Assembly: GCA_027485695.1 (NCBI GenBank)
Contig: JAIXQO010000004.1
Coordinates: 110,056-174,055, forward strand
Source of the DNA: Pseudomonadota bacterium
Lineage (GTDB): Bacteria; Bdellovibrionota; UBA1018
Direction: 5' to 3'
DNA: 64,000 nucleotides
The position numbers were made by a program, and so were the translations under genes. This document shows positions 37,362-49,349 of this stretch, one piece after another (position 1 is the first letter of the stretch; each line of letters begins with the position of its first letter). The notes beneath the pieces are model-generated. The model was not told where the DNA came from. It saw only the letters and a program-made list of their open reading frames with translations, and ran no database searches.

Positions 37362-38245
37362 CTACTGACGAATCAACCAAGGACTCGTCTGCGACAGCTT
37401 GCGAAACTCCAGGATCTGTTTCACGAACGCTCCGACATGCTCGAGGTAGAACGCATTCGGTCCATCGCTCTTGGCGACTTCGGGACGCGGATGACATTCC
37501 ATGAAAAGTCCGTCGGCTCCCGCAGCCATCGCCGCACGAGCGAGTGGTTCGATCATATCGCGCTTACCGCCCGTGGACTTGCCACCTGCTCCACCGCCCG
37601 GTGATTGCACCGAGTGGGTAGCGTCGTGAATAGTCGTAACACCAAAAGATTTCATCGTCACAAACGAAGTCATATCCACAACGAGCGCATTGTATCCGAA
37701 TGAGCTTCCGCGTTCGGTGAGGCAGATCCAGTCTTCGACTCCTTTGCGCGAGGATTTCTCCTCCACCGCGCGGAGTTTATCGACAATGTTCTTAGCGTCC
37801 CACGGAGCCAGAAACTGCCCTTTTTTCACGTTAATGCGGCGGCCGTATTTCAGAGCGGCTTCCGCACCGGCGACGATGAGATCCGTCTGGCGGCAGAGAA
37901 ACGCGGGAATCTGCATGAAATCCATCACCGCCGCGACCGGCTCTGCCTGATCGGGAGTATGCAGGTCCGTGATGATCGGCAGGCCCGTTTTCGAACGGAC
38001 GCGGTCCATGATCTCGAGGCCGCGCTTCATGCCGGGGCCACGGAATCCATCAATCGAAGTACGGTTCGCTTTGTCGAAACTCGCCTTGAAATAGAGCTGG
38101 ATGAGTTTCTGATCGATCAATGGCTGAAGCTGGCGCTTAAGCTCCGCGGAAACTTCGAAAACCAAACCGCTGTCGAGCGACTCGTCCTCGATCACGCAAG
38201 GGCCTGCGATCAGGGTCATCGGTTTCAACGTCGAGTTCGAACCAC

Positions 38246-38249
<4 letters not shown>
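37362..38249 (-). CDS. kdsA: 2-dehydro-3-deoxyphosphooctonate aldolase (KDO8P synthase)
   Basis: LIAGPCVIE...and DAHM-synthase-like TIM-barrel motifs. 295 aa. Its 3' end overlaps the pyrG end by 4 nt. Confidence 0.9.
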
Positions 38250-40009
<1,760 letters not shown>

Positions 40010-40082
40010 CGTTTCGCTCCTGAGCGCTCTCGGGTCGCTCGGTTCCGTTCCCTTACAGGTTTATTATACAATAAAAACTTAA

Positions 40083-40862
40083 TTAACCACTACCACTCAA
40101 AGGGTTCCGAGCGCTTTGACCCGCCTCCTCTTGGGCGATCAAGGCGCGAACCCGTTCAAGGTCCTCCGGCGTATCCACACCGATGGATAAAAAATCAATT
40201 TCACTGATGCCGATCGCGATCCCGTCCTCGAGTGCGCGTAATTGCTCCAGCATCTCCCCTTGTTCAATCCGGGAGGGTTTCAGGTCCCGAATTCGAAATA
40301 GGGTCTCGCGGTCGTAGGAGTAAATCCCCACGTGCCGACGACAGGCATAACTATCATTTTCTGTGGTACGTTGGCCACGGCTATAAGGAATGGGATGCCG
40401 AGAAAAATAAAGGGCGCGTCCCAAACGGTCGCCGAGCACCTTGACCACCGCTGGGTTGTCGAGGTCCGCCTCGTTGCGGAGCGGCGACATCACGGTTCCC
40501 ATACGAAACCGGCCAGACGCGACCAGCTGAATCGCTGCTTCGATCGCCCCAGGCGCCATCATCGGTTCGTCGCCTTGTACGTTCACAAAGAGATCGCCCG
40601 GAACCTGATCCGCAACGGCCGCAACCCGGTCTGTTCCCGATGGAAGATTCGTATCGGTCATCACCGCTTCGCCACCGAAGGCACGCACGGCCAAAGCGAT
40701 GCGTTCATCGTCTGTCGCCACAATCACCCGTCCATGAGAGGGGGCCGCGAGCGCTCGCCGGTAAACCCACTCAATCATGGGCTTACCGCAAATATCAGCC
40801 AGCGGCTTCGCTGGCAGCCGGGTGGCCGCGTAGCGTGCGGGAATCACGGTAACGATGTTCAT
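40083..40862 (-). CDS. kdsB: 3-deoxy-manno-octulosonate cytidylyltransferase (CMP-KDO synthetase)
   Basis: VIPARYAATRLPAKPL...VNVQGDEP. 259 aa. Confidence 0.9.
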   Translation of the reverse strand: MNIVTVIPARYAATRLPAKPLADICGKPMIEWVYRRALAAPSHGRVIVATDDERIALAVRAFGGEAVMTDTNLPSGTDRVAAVADQVPGDLFVNVQGDEPMMAPGAIEAAIQLVASGRFRMGTVMSPLRNEADLDNPAVVKVLGDRLGRALYFSRHPIPYSRGQRTTENDSYACRRHVGIYSYDRETLFRIRDLKPSRIEQGEMLEQLRALEDGIAIGISEIDFLSIGVDTPEDLERVRALIAQEEAGQSARNPLSGSG

Positions 40863-41093
40863 GTCTGGAGGAGATTACCGGTAAGGACCCACCGCTTCAA
40901 CGAGATTTTGACGGAAATTAACCATAGGTAACTTACTGAAATATATAACCTTTTAAAGGAGGGAGCCCACTCTGATCCCGCCCTGCCCTCGACAACAAGA
41001 CCGCTTGGCCTAAATTCAATAACCTCAGTGTAATTACAAGAGATTTTCGCTTTCACACCTCGATCAATCTCCAGAAAAATCCGATGAATATTC

Positions 41094-42692
41094 ATGCGTT
41101 TCACTGCCCGTGCTTACTGGATAGCCTTGATCGCTGCGGTGGCGGGGGCCGGGGGCGCAACTCAAGCACAGGCGACCATCTGGGACTCGTGCCTCAAGTG
41201 GTTGCGTGCCAGACCAACCCCCGTCACGAAAACGATTCCCCAGGCGACGAAAACGGCTGAATTGGAACTCGAACTCAGTTCAATCATTCAGTCACTATTG
41301 ACCACGACCGACGGGACCTTGAAACCGCTGCTCGGCAATCAGCCACGCACTGGACCAGGGGCGATTCGATTCAAGCAACTCGATCCAGAAAAGGTTCTTT
41401 GGGAGCAGCTTTCTCCCGACGACCAAAAAGATTTGGTCTCCACACTGCTCCGTGATCGAGATTTCTTTGAAAACCGAGTCATCCAAGGTCTCCAATTGCG
41501 CTCCTGGATACCCGTACCCGAACGGTATACTGGTCGATCACCGCTGATCGAATTACGCGACGGCAAACGTGGCATCGACTTAACCAAATGGTTTGGCAAA
41601 AAAATTGAGATGCGCGGGCCTCGGGACACCACGGAACGAGGCTGGCAGGGAATCGAATTACACCTATCCGATCCAGAGCAAAAAATGTCCGCCGGCGCAC
41701 TTCTCAAGCTCGTTTCTGACTTCCACGAAATCTTCGAGATACCCAAACGTCCGTTTCATATGCACATCGTTTCGGATTTCCCTCTCGAAACGCTCGCGCG
41801 CGGCGGCGGTGCTCCGAACCTTCTCGAGCGCATCGAACAAAGACTGCGAAGCGCTCTCGGCCGCGGCGACTCGCCTGTCGGCGCACTCCGGGTGACCGAA
41901 TGGATCGCGCGGGTCAACACGATTTTCGAGATGCTTTCCGTCCGGTACGCGAATGATCCAATCAATACGCGAAATCGTATGATCAACGGAAAACTCAGTT
42001 ACGAGTTCGACAATCTTCGCGACTACCATTCGCTATTCGATCACATCTTGGCGTTTGCACGAGGATCACAGAGTTTTCCAAAAGACGAATTCAAGATTGC
42101 TTACGTCGGAGTACGAGGACCGGGGGTTTACATCGGTTTACATTGGGGTATGGAAGTGCGCTCCAATCACCCGAATTTTCCTCGCGATCTGCATGCGGCA
42201 ATCCTCAATTTGATGGAGGACAATTTCCATCAAGAAAACTGGAACATATCTCACGAAGAGATGGATGCCTGGATAGCGCATCAAAAAGTTATTTTCACCA
42301 GTTCGTCGATTCCCTTGATTCACTGGGACCAAACGGAAAATCTCGATTGGTCACCGAGCCAGCGCATCACTCAAGAAGTGATCGAGAGACTTGAGTTACC
42401 TCCCCACCTGATGCCACGCGGAGGTGCGTCCTGGTTCGATCGGAACTTTGCAAGCGGTCGATTCCGCTCGGCGCAAATGCTTTTTCACGATTGGTGCGCA
42501 ACCCCAATCCTCTACCAAGACGCCAATCTCTGCCGGAGAATCATTGAAGCGCAAACCAAGGCCCTGGCCAAGTTGCTTCGCCGTTACCCAAACCAGTTTG
42601 GAGAATTGCATTTTGATCCCCGTCCCGAACTCCGCGAATTCATCGACGAATCTGGTATTCTTGAGCGCCATATTGAGTCACTGAGCTGGTAG
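41094..42692 (+). CDS. Large secreted hypothetical protein
   Basis: Signal peptide MRFTARAYWIALIAAVAGAGGATQAQA. 532 aa. No recognisable domain. Confidence 0.35.
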   Translation: MRFTARAYWIALIAAVAGAGGATQAQATIWDSCLKWLRARPTPVTKTIPQATKTAELELELSSIIQSLLTTTDGTLKPLLGNQPRTGPGAIRFKQLDPEKVLWEQLSPDDQKDLVSTLLRDRDFFENRVIQGLQLRSWIPVPERYTGRSPLIELRDGKRGIDLTKWFGKKIEMRGPRDTTERGWQGIELHLSDPEQKMSAGALLKLVSDFHEIFEIPKRPFHMHIVSDFPLETLARGGGAPNLLERIEQRLRSALGRGDSPVGALRVTEWIARVNTIFEMLSVRYANDPINTRNRMINGKLSYEFDNLRDYHSLFDHILAFARGSQSFPKDEFKIAYVGVRGPGVYIGLHWGMEVRSNHPNFPRDLHAAILNLMEDNFHQENWNISHEEMDAWIAHQKVIFTSSSIPLIHWDQTENLDWSPSQRITQEVIERLELPPHLMPRGGASWFDRNFASGRFRSAQMLFHDWCATPILYQDANLCRRIIEAQTKALAKLLRRYPNQFGELHFDPRPELREFIDESGILERHIESLSW

Positions 42693-42705
42693 CTCCGATT
42701 GCACG

Positions 42706-44010
42706 CTACCGGATCCGATTACCTTCCTCACGTCGGCCGTCAGCCGCACATCCCCAAGTTTCCGTTTGGATTCGGGCTTCGATTTCTGCCGCCTCGGTAG
42801 GACGAAAACTTCGGGCAACGAGCTCTGGCATAAACGCCCTTTGATTCCAGGGAATATCGCGAACCACTGCCAAACTGGACGAGTCGCTTTTGTAACGTAG
42901 CGAACCCTCACCATCATCTCGAGGTTCCGCGTTCACATAACGAGCTAGCCGCTTCAGCGTATTTGGACTGATGAAAGTTTCGAGCGTGCTTTTTCTCCCA
43001 AGTGCTCGGTTCCAACCATAGGTCGCTACTCTCGACGTCCAAGCACTCGCATCCGAAAACGAGTATTCGATCTCCTCATTCAGTTTGAGTAACGGGATAC
43101 TTTTCACGTAGCCAAGTTCGATCTTCTCGAGGACTAATCGATAGGCGTTCTTTTTCTCCGGCGAGGCAGAGGTCTCTAGCTGCGCAACAAAAAAACTCCA
43201 ATTTTGAGCGCGATCAATGAGACTCGGATTGATGACATTGATGGCAACGCCGCCTTCGAACCTTTTGCCGTCGAAGTCCAAACAGATACCGTAACTCGGA
43301 AGATTCCAACTATAAGCGATGAAATCGATCTTAAATTCGCGAAACAATCTCACCAAAATCGCACGCGTGTCATCATCCCTCATCAGGCGACCAAAGATCA
43401 CGCCATTACCCAAAACGCCTTCGTTACCGTGCATCGGAGGACCGTCTCGATAGTCGTGTTTGCGGTACACGTCCAAAATGGACTCGGGAAACTCGAGTTT
43501 GTTATCCCCTTGAATATCGAGATAGCGAATATCTGCCGGCAACTCCATCTCGAGCAAAAACCAGGGTAACCCGATATAGCTCTCGCTTTGGACCGGGTCC
43601 GTTGCGAAATAGATTCCCGCTCCTACCGTCCATTCGTGTTCACCGTCTGCGGCAGCGTGCGACTCCGCTAGACTCTTGAAATAATGGATCGCAGCCGGAG
43701 GCTTGAGTGGCGCAGGTTTCATCGCGTTTTCAAGTCCGGTTAGGTAGTTGATTGCTTCGTGCCGACCATAAATCAGAGGTCCGCGGTCTCTTGAAAATGG
43801 ACTCTGATTCAGGTTTCCACGCGTTCCGTAATGATAGAACTTCAATGGACGCCTAAGCGTCTTGGTCCGAAGTTGGAATTCGCTGCGCGCGGCTTTTTCG
43901 AACTGAGAGATGAATGGCTCGTCCGCGGCCGCCAATCCTGGAGTAACCACTCGCGTGCCCACGGAAATGAGCAGAACCAGGACGAACGATTTAATCAGCA
44001 AGCGAGCCAT
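42706..44010 (-). CDS. Large secreted hypothetical protein
   Basis: Signal peptide MARLLIKSFVLVLLISVGTRVVTPGLAAA. 434 aa. Convergent with the previous gene. Confidence 0.35.
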   Translation of the reverse strand: MARLLIKSFVLVLLISVGTRVVTPGLAAADEPFISQFEKAARSEFQLRTKTLRRPLKFYHYGTRGNLNQSPFSRDRGPLIYGRHEAINYLTGLENAMKPAPLKPPAAIHYFKSLAESHAAADGEHEWTVGAGIYFATDPVQSESYIGLPWFLLEMELPADIRYLDIQGDNKLEFPESILDVYRKHDYRDGPPMHGNEGVLGNGVIFGRLMRDDDTRAILVRLFREFKIDFIAYSWNLPSYGICLDFDGKRFEGGVAINVINPSLIDRAQNWSFFVAQLETSASPEKKNAYRLVLEKIELGYVKSIPLLKLNEEIEYSFSDASAWTSRVATYGWNRALGRKSTLETFISPNTLKRLARYVNAEPRDDGEGSLRYKSDSSSLAVVRDIPWNQRAFMPELVARSFRPTEAAEIEARIQTETWGCAADGRREEGNRIR

Positions 44011-44068
44011 GAGATCGCATATTTATACTTTTAATATATAAATATTACAAGACTACCTGAGAACAGGG

Positions 44069-44506
44069 CTAAATACCTGTTCTAAAAAGGATCTCAATCA
44101 GTGAATCGCCATTCATACCGAAGCTCGCTTGATCGAATCTGGGTGGCCCAAATCCGCTGGGTCCCGCATTCCTGGACACCCCCCAAGGCTCCTTGGGAAT
44201 CCCGAACCAACCGCGATCGAGTAGTTCGTTACCATTCTCATCGTGAAACATGGCAACGGCGTACTCTCCGGCGGGAATATTCGTGAACTGGCACTCGGCG
44301 TACGACTCAGTCAGCGTTCCATTCACGACTCGATAGGCAACACTGGAATCTCCCGGGAATCCTGCGGCGGCATTAAAAAGCGTGCATCGATAGACACCAT
44401 TCAAGTTCCGAGGCGACGGACTTCGAACCGTCAGATCAAAACCAAAAGCACTCGCGCTTAAAACCAAGCAGACCAAGGACATTCCAATATTACGTAGATC
44501 ACTCAT
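44069..44506 (-). CDS. DUF2141-family secreted protein
   Basis: FHDENGNELLDRGWFGIPKEPWGVSRNA matches the DUF2141 signature. Start set to the internal ATG that precedes the signal peptide MSLVCLVLSASA. Confidence 0.55.
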   Translation of the reverse strand: MSDLRNIGMSLVCLVLSASAFGFDLTVRSPSPRNLNGVYRCTLFNAAAGFPGDSSVAYRVVNGTLTESYAECQFTNIPAGEYAVAMFHDENGNELLDRGWFGIPKEPWGVSRNAGPSGFGPPRFDQASFGMNGDSLIEILFRTGI

Positions 44507-44547
44507 GCATTCATGAACTCGCGAAATACGAAAACGAGCAAGCGAAA

Positions 44548-45762
44548 TTATCCCAGCACGCCCGCGATTGCCTCGCCGGCCGCCGAGCCCGATGCCCACG
44601 CCCACTGATAGTTGTACCCACCTAACCATCCGGTCACGTCGAGAACTTCGCCCACGAAAAACAATCCGGGAACGATTTTAGACTCAAGCGTCTTTGAGGA
44701 TACCTCGTCGGTGGAAACTCCGCCGCGTGTGACTTCGGCTTTGGAGTAGCCAACGGTTCCCGATGGATAGATCGTCCAAGATTGGAGCTCATCGGCGATC
44801 CGCTGAATCTCTGCGTCGGAAATCTGAGGAAGAGGGAGCTCACTCACCTGGTTCCACTCGATGAACTTTTCGACAAAACGGGCCGGGAGTTGCTCCATGA
44901 GTAGGGATTTTAGGAATACTCGATGACCCTGGCGTTTTCTGTCTACAAGAACAGTCTTGAAATCTTGATCGGGAATCAAGCGAATCTCTACCGTATCGCC
45001 GAGACTCCAATGGAGCGAAGCCTGAAGCGATGCCGGTCCGCTGAGCCCGCCGTGTGTGAACAGAAGGTTTTCTCGAAACGATTTCCCGCCTGCAGTCATC
45101 ACGCAGTCCAGCGAAACTCCCGCCAGGTCCCGGTAGCGCTTGAGATCGGAATCATTCCACGTAAATCCATCCAACGCCGGCGCGGTTTCCACGATTTGAT
45201 GACCGAACCTTCGAGCCAGCTCAAACCCCACCCCCGTTGCTCCGACCTTGGGGAGCGAGAGTCCACCGAGTGCAACGACGACTTGCGCGGCACGGTACTC
45301 ACCGCGAGACGTGATGATTCGAAACTCATCGCCGTCTTTGAGGAGTTTCTTGATCTGAGTTTCAAACTCGAATTCAACTCCTGCGTCGAGGCATTCATTC
45401 ACGAGCAAGTCGACGATGTCCTGAGCGCGATTGTCGCAAAACTGCTGGCCGAGTTTTTTCTCATGATAAGGAATGCGGTGTTTTTCGACCATCGCGATGA
45501 AATCTTGAGGCTTGAACCTCGACATTGCGGATTTCATGAAATGAGGATTCTGCGACACGTAGTTCGCCGACGATGCACCGGTATTCGTGAAATTACAGCG
45601 ACCGCCTCCCGAAATCAGGATTTTGCCGCCCGCTTTTTTCATGTGATCGAGGATGAGGATCAGCTTGCCGTAACCACCCGCGGTGAGCGCACACATCATT
45701 CCGGCGCCTCCGGCGCCCAGAACGATCGCATCATGGCGAACGGGAAATACAGGGAGGGTGTC
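44548..45762 (-). CDS. HI0933-family FAD-dependent flavoprotein (aminoacetone-oxidase-like)
   Basis: N-terminal FAD-binding motif IVLGAGGAGMMCA, GGRCNFTN and a C-terminal Rossmann motif. Start at the internal ATG (MDTLPVF...). Confidence 0.75.
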   Translation of the reverse strand, partial: DTLPVFPVRHDAIVLGAGGAGMMCALTAGGYGKLILILDHMKKAGGKILISGGGRCNFTNTGASSANYVSQNPHFMKSAMSRFKPQDFIAMVEKHRIPYHEKKLGQQFCDNRAQDIVDLLVNECLDAGVEFEFETQIKKLLKDGDEFRIITSRGEYRAAQVVVALGGLSLPKVGATGVGFELARRFGHQIVETAPALDGFTWNDSDLKRYRDLAGVSLDCVMTAGGKSFRENLLFTHGGLSGPASLQASLHWSLGDTVEIRLIPDQDFKTVLVDRKRQGHRVFLKSLLMEQLPARFVEKFIEWNQVSELPLPQISDAEIQRIADELQSWTIYPSGTVGYSKAEVTRGGVSTDEVSSKTLESKIVPGLFFVGEVLDVTGWLGGYNYQWAWASGSAAGEAIAGVLG

Positions 45763-45847
45763 CATTCGCACAGTTTTGCCTGATGAACGAGAGAACGACA
45801 AACGGGAAATCGACCTACGGGAATGGTCCACGCATGGGAATAAAAGA

Positions 45848-46026
45848 GGCCCACGATGGGCCGTAGATAAGATCGGCATGACAGCCGATCTTCACGCGTA
45901 AGCGAAGCGTCGCGCCCGTAGGGCAAGGCCCACGATGGGCCGCAGATAAGATCGGCACGACAGCCGATCTTCACGCGTAAGCGAAGCGTCGCGCCCGTAG
46001 GGCAAGGCCCACGATGGGCCGCAGTA
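45848..46026. repeat. 79-bp tandem repeat, 2.3 copies, each unit built of four short hairpins
   Basis: Units start at 45848, 45927 and 46006 (GGCCCACGATGGGCC...). Two SNPs separate units 1 and 2. Units contain GGCCCA-CGA-TGGGCC, GATCGGC-ATGACA-GCCGATC and GCCC-GTA-GGGC hairpins. Confidence 0.85.
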
Positions 46027-46147
46027 AAAAAAAATCAAGGAGGCGACCTACTCTACAAGTTTGGTCGCCCCCTGGTCGCGTCTGTGAATCACCGAGCATC
46101 TGCACTCTCGGGGACCCATGCGCGAAACTAAAACTTTCCAATAAAGA

Positions 46148-46186
46148 CCCCATCCGGATGCACCAGACATCCAGATGGGGTTTTCT
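46148..46186 (+). terminator. Hairpin plus T-run (terminator-like) in the 600-bp intergenic region
   Basis: CCCCATCCGGATG-CACCAGA-CATCCAGATGGGG followed by TTTT. Confidence 0.4.
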
Positions 46187-46366
46187 GATTCAACGAATGT
46201 TCTCGAGAAAAAGTTAACCTGAATCTCGAGCTGACGACTCAAAGACGAAACCAACATGAGTTGCTCTCGTCTTCCATCCGTTCCGTCCTGATGGAGGACG
46301 GTCCGTATACTCGATACAAAGAGCATATGTTGTGCCAGGGCAGGATGGGGCAAAGTAGCAAAACGC

Positions 46367-46852
46367 TTGCACGTACTCATAGCATCAGGGAGCATCAAAA
46401 ACACAATGACTCGAATGACTATCACATGGAGTGTGGTCGCGGCTGTATTGACGATATCGGCGGGTGTCCTCGCCTGGATGAATCGATTACAGCCCTATCC
46501 GTGTTCGATGATCCAAGGAATTGAAATCAAGCCCAACGCGCAGGGGTTGAAAGAGCTCCGTTTTAGCTTCTCGCTCGAAAGTGCTTACTCTCCTGTCCTT
46601 GTACAATACGAACGATCTCCGGACCAAAACCGGATATTCGTCACACTCTACCGCAAGCTTGCCACTCCCCTATTTCGTAACTTCAATCCTACGCCCATCA
46701 CAAACGATCGCGTTCGACAAACGAGCCCTTTTTGGAGTCCGACAGAAGGAGTCATGAAGTCGCTCGTTCACACTTTCGATCTCACCGGACCGATCTTTAT
46801 CTTGCGATGCGAAGGAGAAGAGCGAGAGATACCTATAAGAACGGACCCTTAG
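46367..46852 (+). CDS. Hypothetical membrane-anchored protein
   Basis: Internal start MTRMTITWSVVAAVLTISAGVLAW is likely. No recognisable domain. Confidence 0.3.
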   Translation: MHVLIASGSIKNTMTRMTITWSVVAAVLTISAGVLAWMNRLQPYPCSMIQGIEIKPNAQGLKELRFSFSLESAYSPVLVQYERSPDQNRIFVTLYRKLATPLFRNFNPTPITNDRVRQTSPFWSPTEGVMKSLVHTFDLTGPIFILRCEGEEREIPIRTDP

Positions 46853-46853
46853 T

Positions 46854-47984
46854 TTAAACCTGGATATCCATCTCGGGACGCCACACGCCCTTCCACTCTT
46901 TGAGACGGACTTGTGGGCGAACGGGAGCATCCGAGGACGAAAGCGGATACTCAATAAAACCGTAGGTCAAGCGAGTGCGCGTTCCGTATTCGCTTAGATC
47001 GAGGTTCGTCACCTCATTCCAGGAGCCTTCGTTGAAGTATTCTTTGCCTTCGCGGTACTGGCGGTAACGCAGAATGTGCGTGTGACCGAAAACCACGACA
47101 TTGACGTCGGGATGCTCGTCCAAAATCCGAAAAGCAATTCGATCGTAAGACGGATAGAGCGTCACTTCCTTGAGTAAATCAAATTGCGCTCGGACGCCTT
47201 TGCGGAACTGATAACGCGTCTTGAAGATCAACGTTTCAAAAGTGAACACCACGCACATCAAAAAGGTCCGGATCGTCCACCAGAAGTCATGAATAATTGC
47301 CCAAACGATGAAATCACGAAACGGACGGACTTTATCGATATGCGGACGAGTCTGCTTGATCTTAGGCAACAGAACCGCGACAAAAAGCGAGCCCCACGGC
47401 AGATCGATTACCGGCTCGGGTACGCCTCGAGTAATGAATGGGCGATCCATGTTTGTCTTGGCGAAACGTTCGTACTGCTGACCATGCTCGACGTGGATGC
47501 CGTCAAATACGTGCGCGACATCGAAAAATCGAACCTCTCCACCGCACGCCTCGGCAAACACTTTCTGCGCGCCCTTGAACAACATTCCGACGTCATGGTT
47601 ACCAACCACGTAGGAAATCGTGTGCCCCGTCGTTGAAACCCATCTTCTCAGCGCGAGGAAAAAATCCGGATGCCCGGCGACGATCTTCCTCACTGCGTGA
47701 ATTTGAGACCTCTCCGAAAACAGATGAGTGTGAACCCCATAGTAGTCGATCTGAAGTAGATTCAAGATATCGCCGTTCAGGATCAGTTCAACGTCGGCGT
47801 CTTGGTACTCGCCGCTCCGGTGATAGAGCAAAAACTCCGAAAACTCTCGGTCGTAGACGAAATCTTCCAAGATGTTCTGAGTGCCATCACTGAAATAGCG
47901 ACCTTTGCCGAGGTGAAAATCACTGACGACGAGTTTGTATTTGCGGCGTTTGGCGGCAAGTGCTGATGGCGTCGACTCAGACAT
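46854..47984 (-). CDS. Calcineurin-like metallophosphoesterase
   Basis: Metallophosphoesterase motifs VVSDFHLG, GDILNL, GNHD, GHTH. Probably starts at MSESTPS. Confidence 0.7.
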   Translation of the reverse strand: MSESTPSALAAKRRKYKLVVSDFHLGKGRYFSDGTQNILEDFVYDREFSEFLLYHRSGEYQDADVELILNGDILNLLQIDYYGVHTHLFSERSQIHAVRKIVAGHPDFFLALRRWVSTTGHTISYVVGNHDVGMLFKGAQKVFAEACGGEVRFFDVAHVFDGIHVEHGQQYERFAKTNMDRPFITRGVPEPVIDLPWGSLFVAVLLPKIKQTRPHIDKVRPFRDFIVWAIIHDFWWTIRTFLMCVVFTFETLIFKTRYQFRKGVRAQFDLLKEVTLYPSYDRIAFRILDEHPDVNVVVFGHTHILRYRQYREGKEYFNEGSWNEVTNLDLSEYGTRTRLTYGFIEYPLSSSDAPVRPQVRLKEWKGVWRPEMDIQV

Positions 47985-49344
47985 CGCTCGTCTCGCCGGC
48001 ACGGAGGTTGGCGACGAAAACGCTGTTGCGGCTCTTGTTTTTCGCGTTGTACATCGCTTGGTCGGCGGCCTCGATCACATCTTCCTTAGAATGAGCATGA
48101 TCCGGGTATACTGCGACGCCGATCGAGACGGTGACTTTGAGGTTCAGGCCGTCATCGCGAAGAAACTCACTCTGTTCGATCATTCGGCGGATGCGCTCGG
48201 CGACCCGTTTACCAGTCGACAGATCGCAGGGCGAAAGCACGGCGACGAACTCATCCCCCCCGTACCGAACGGCGGAGTCGGAGTCACGAATACAGAGCTT
48301 GATCTTGTGGGCAATCTCGGTGAGCAAGCGACTGCCGTGTAAGTGGCCATGCTCGTCGTTCACCCGTTTGAACTTGTCGGCGTCGATAAAAAGGATCGCA
48401 AACGAGGAGTTCTGCATCCGCGCTTTTTCGATCTCGCGCTCGAGAATAGAATTCAGATACCGGGTGTTATGGAGTCCCGTCAGATCATCGATGAACGCCA
48501 TCTTTTGGATGTCCCGGTAGCGCATGATGTTTTGGCTCGTCACATCGATCTGGGCGCGCATGATCTTGAGGCGACCTTCGAATTCGGTCAGTGGTTCAGG
48601 CTTCTTTGGCGAAAGCGCGACGTAGTAGTAATCGCGGTCCTCCACGCACTGGAACCGGAAAAAGAACATCGCCGGTGTCGTCGGGGAGCGCTCGATAAAC
48701 TGGTAGAACGTATCTCGATCGGGAAAAAGTTCGTAAGGTTTGTGGTTCGTCAGCGCGATATTGAAGATCTCTTCGAGTCCCTGATCTAGAGACGAATCCG
48801 GATCCTCGATCTCGAAATGCGCGTACTTATTGAGTGTGAAAATGCCCGAATGCACGCATTGCAGCTCTCGGGTCAAGTAGCTTTTCACAATCGACAGAAT
48901 GCGCTGCTCTTCGAGTGATGCGGAAATCATCTGGCAACTATTCACCAAGTTCAAAGACTTGGAATACACGCCGTCTTCTTCGAACAAGACCTTGCGATCG
49001 ATACCGCGCTGGACAGCGAGCTTGAACGCTTCCATGGAAATCGGTTTGGTCAGAAAGTCTTCGGCACCCAAACGAATCGCACGAACCGCATCTTCGATAC
49101 TCGGAGAGCCCGAAAGCACGACGACGCTCGACTCTGGATGGATGCGCTTAATCCGCTCAAGCGTGAACAGCGGCTGCGGTAGATCCAAAACAACCACGTG
49201 ATACTGAACACGCCCCAACCAGCTCATGGCGTTGTCCGTGTTGCTCATGATGTCGATATGACAGTCCACCAGCTCACGACAGCATTTCGCGTAGAGCTCG
49301 TTTTGCTTCGCATCTTTGCCGAGGACCAGAATATTCACTAACAT
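47977..49344 (-). CDS. Response-regulator receiver + GGDEF diguanylate cyclase
   Basis: N-terminal REC domain (VVVLDL phospho-acceptor Asp), a GGDEF domain with an intact RYGGDEF active site and an RxxD-like I-site region. Confidence 0.85.
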   Translation of the reverse strand: MLVNILVLGKDAKQNELYAKCCRELVDCHIDIMSNTDNAMSWLGRVQYHVVVLDLPQPLFTLERIKRIHPESSVVVLSGSPSIEDAVRAIRLGAEDFLTKPISMEAFKLAVQRGIDRKVLFEEDGVYSKSLNLVNSCQMISASLEEQRILSIVKSYLTRELQCVHSGIFTLNKYAHFEIEDPDSSLDQGLEEIFNIALTNHKPYELFPDRDTFYQFIERSPTTPAMFFFRFQCVEDRDYYYVALSPKKPEPLTEFEGRLKIMRAQIDVTSQNIMRYRDIQKMAFIDDLTGLHNTRYLNSILEREIEKARMQNSSFAILFIDADKFKRVNDEHGHLHGSRLLTEIAHKIKLCIRDSDSAVRYGGDEFVAVLSPCDLSTGKRVAERIRRMIEQSEFLRDDGLNLKVTVSIGVAVYPDHAHSKEDVIEAADQAMYNAKNKSRNSVFVANLRAGETSDV

Positions 49345-49349
49345 GGTTG

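Noticed and set aside
44011-44068. GAACAGG-GCTAAATA-CCTGTTC hairpin between two minus-strand genes
   Set aside because: No T-run on the transcribed (minus) strand downstream of the stem, so a terminator call is not supported. It may be an operator, but the evidence is insufficient.
45848-46026. Possible CRISPR array
   Set aside because: The 79-bp units abut directly with no spacers and carry several internal hairpins. No cas genes were recognised.
46027-46200. Possible tmRNA / RNase P / SRP / 6S RNA gene in the structured 600-bp gap
   Set aside because: No conserved tmRNA tag or CCA end, no RNase P GGAAAGUCCGGGCUCC-type P4 motif, and no SRP GGAAGCAGCC motif was found.
46014-46217. 67-aa ORF (MGRSKKKSRRRP...) starting inside the 79-bp tandem repeat
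   Set aside because: It begins within repeat unit 3 and runs through hairpin/terminator-like sequence. It is Arg/Ser-rich and low-complexity, and is most likely a non-coding region artefact.
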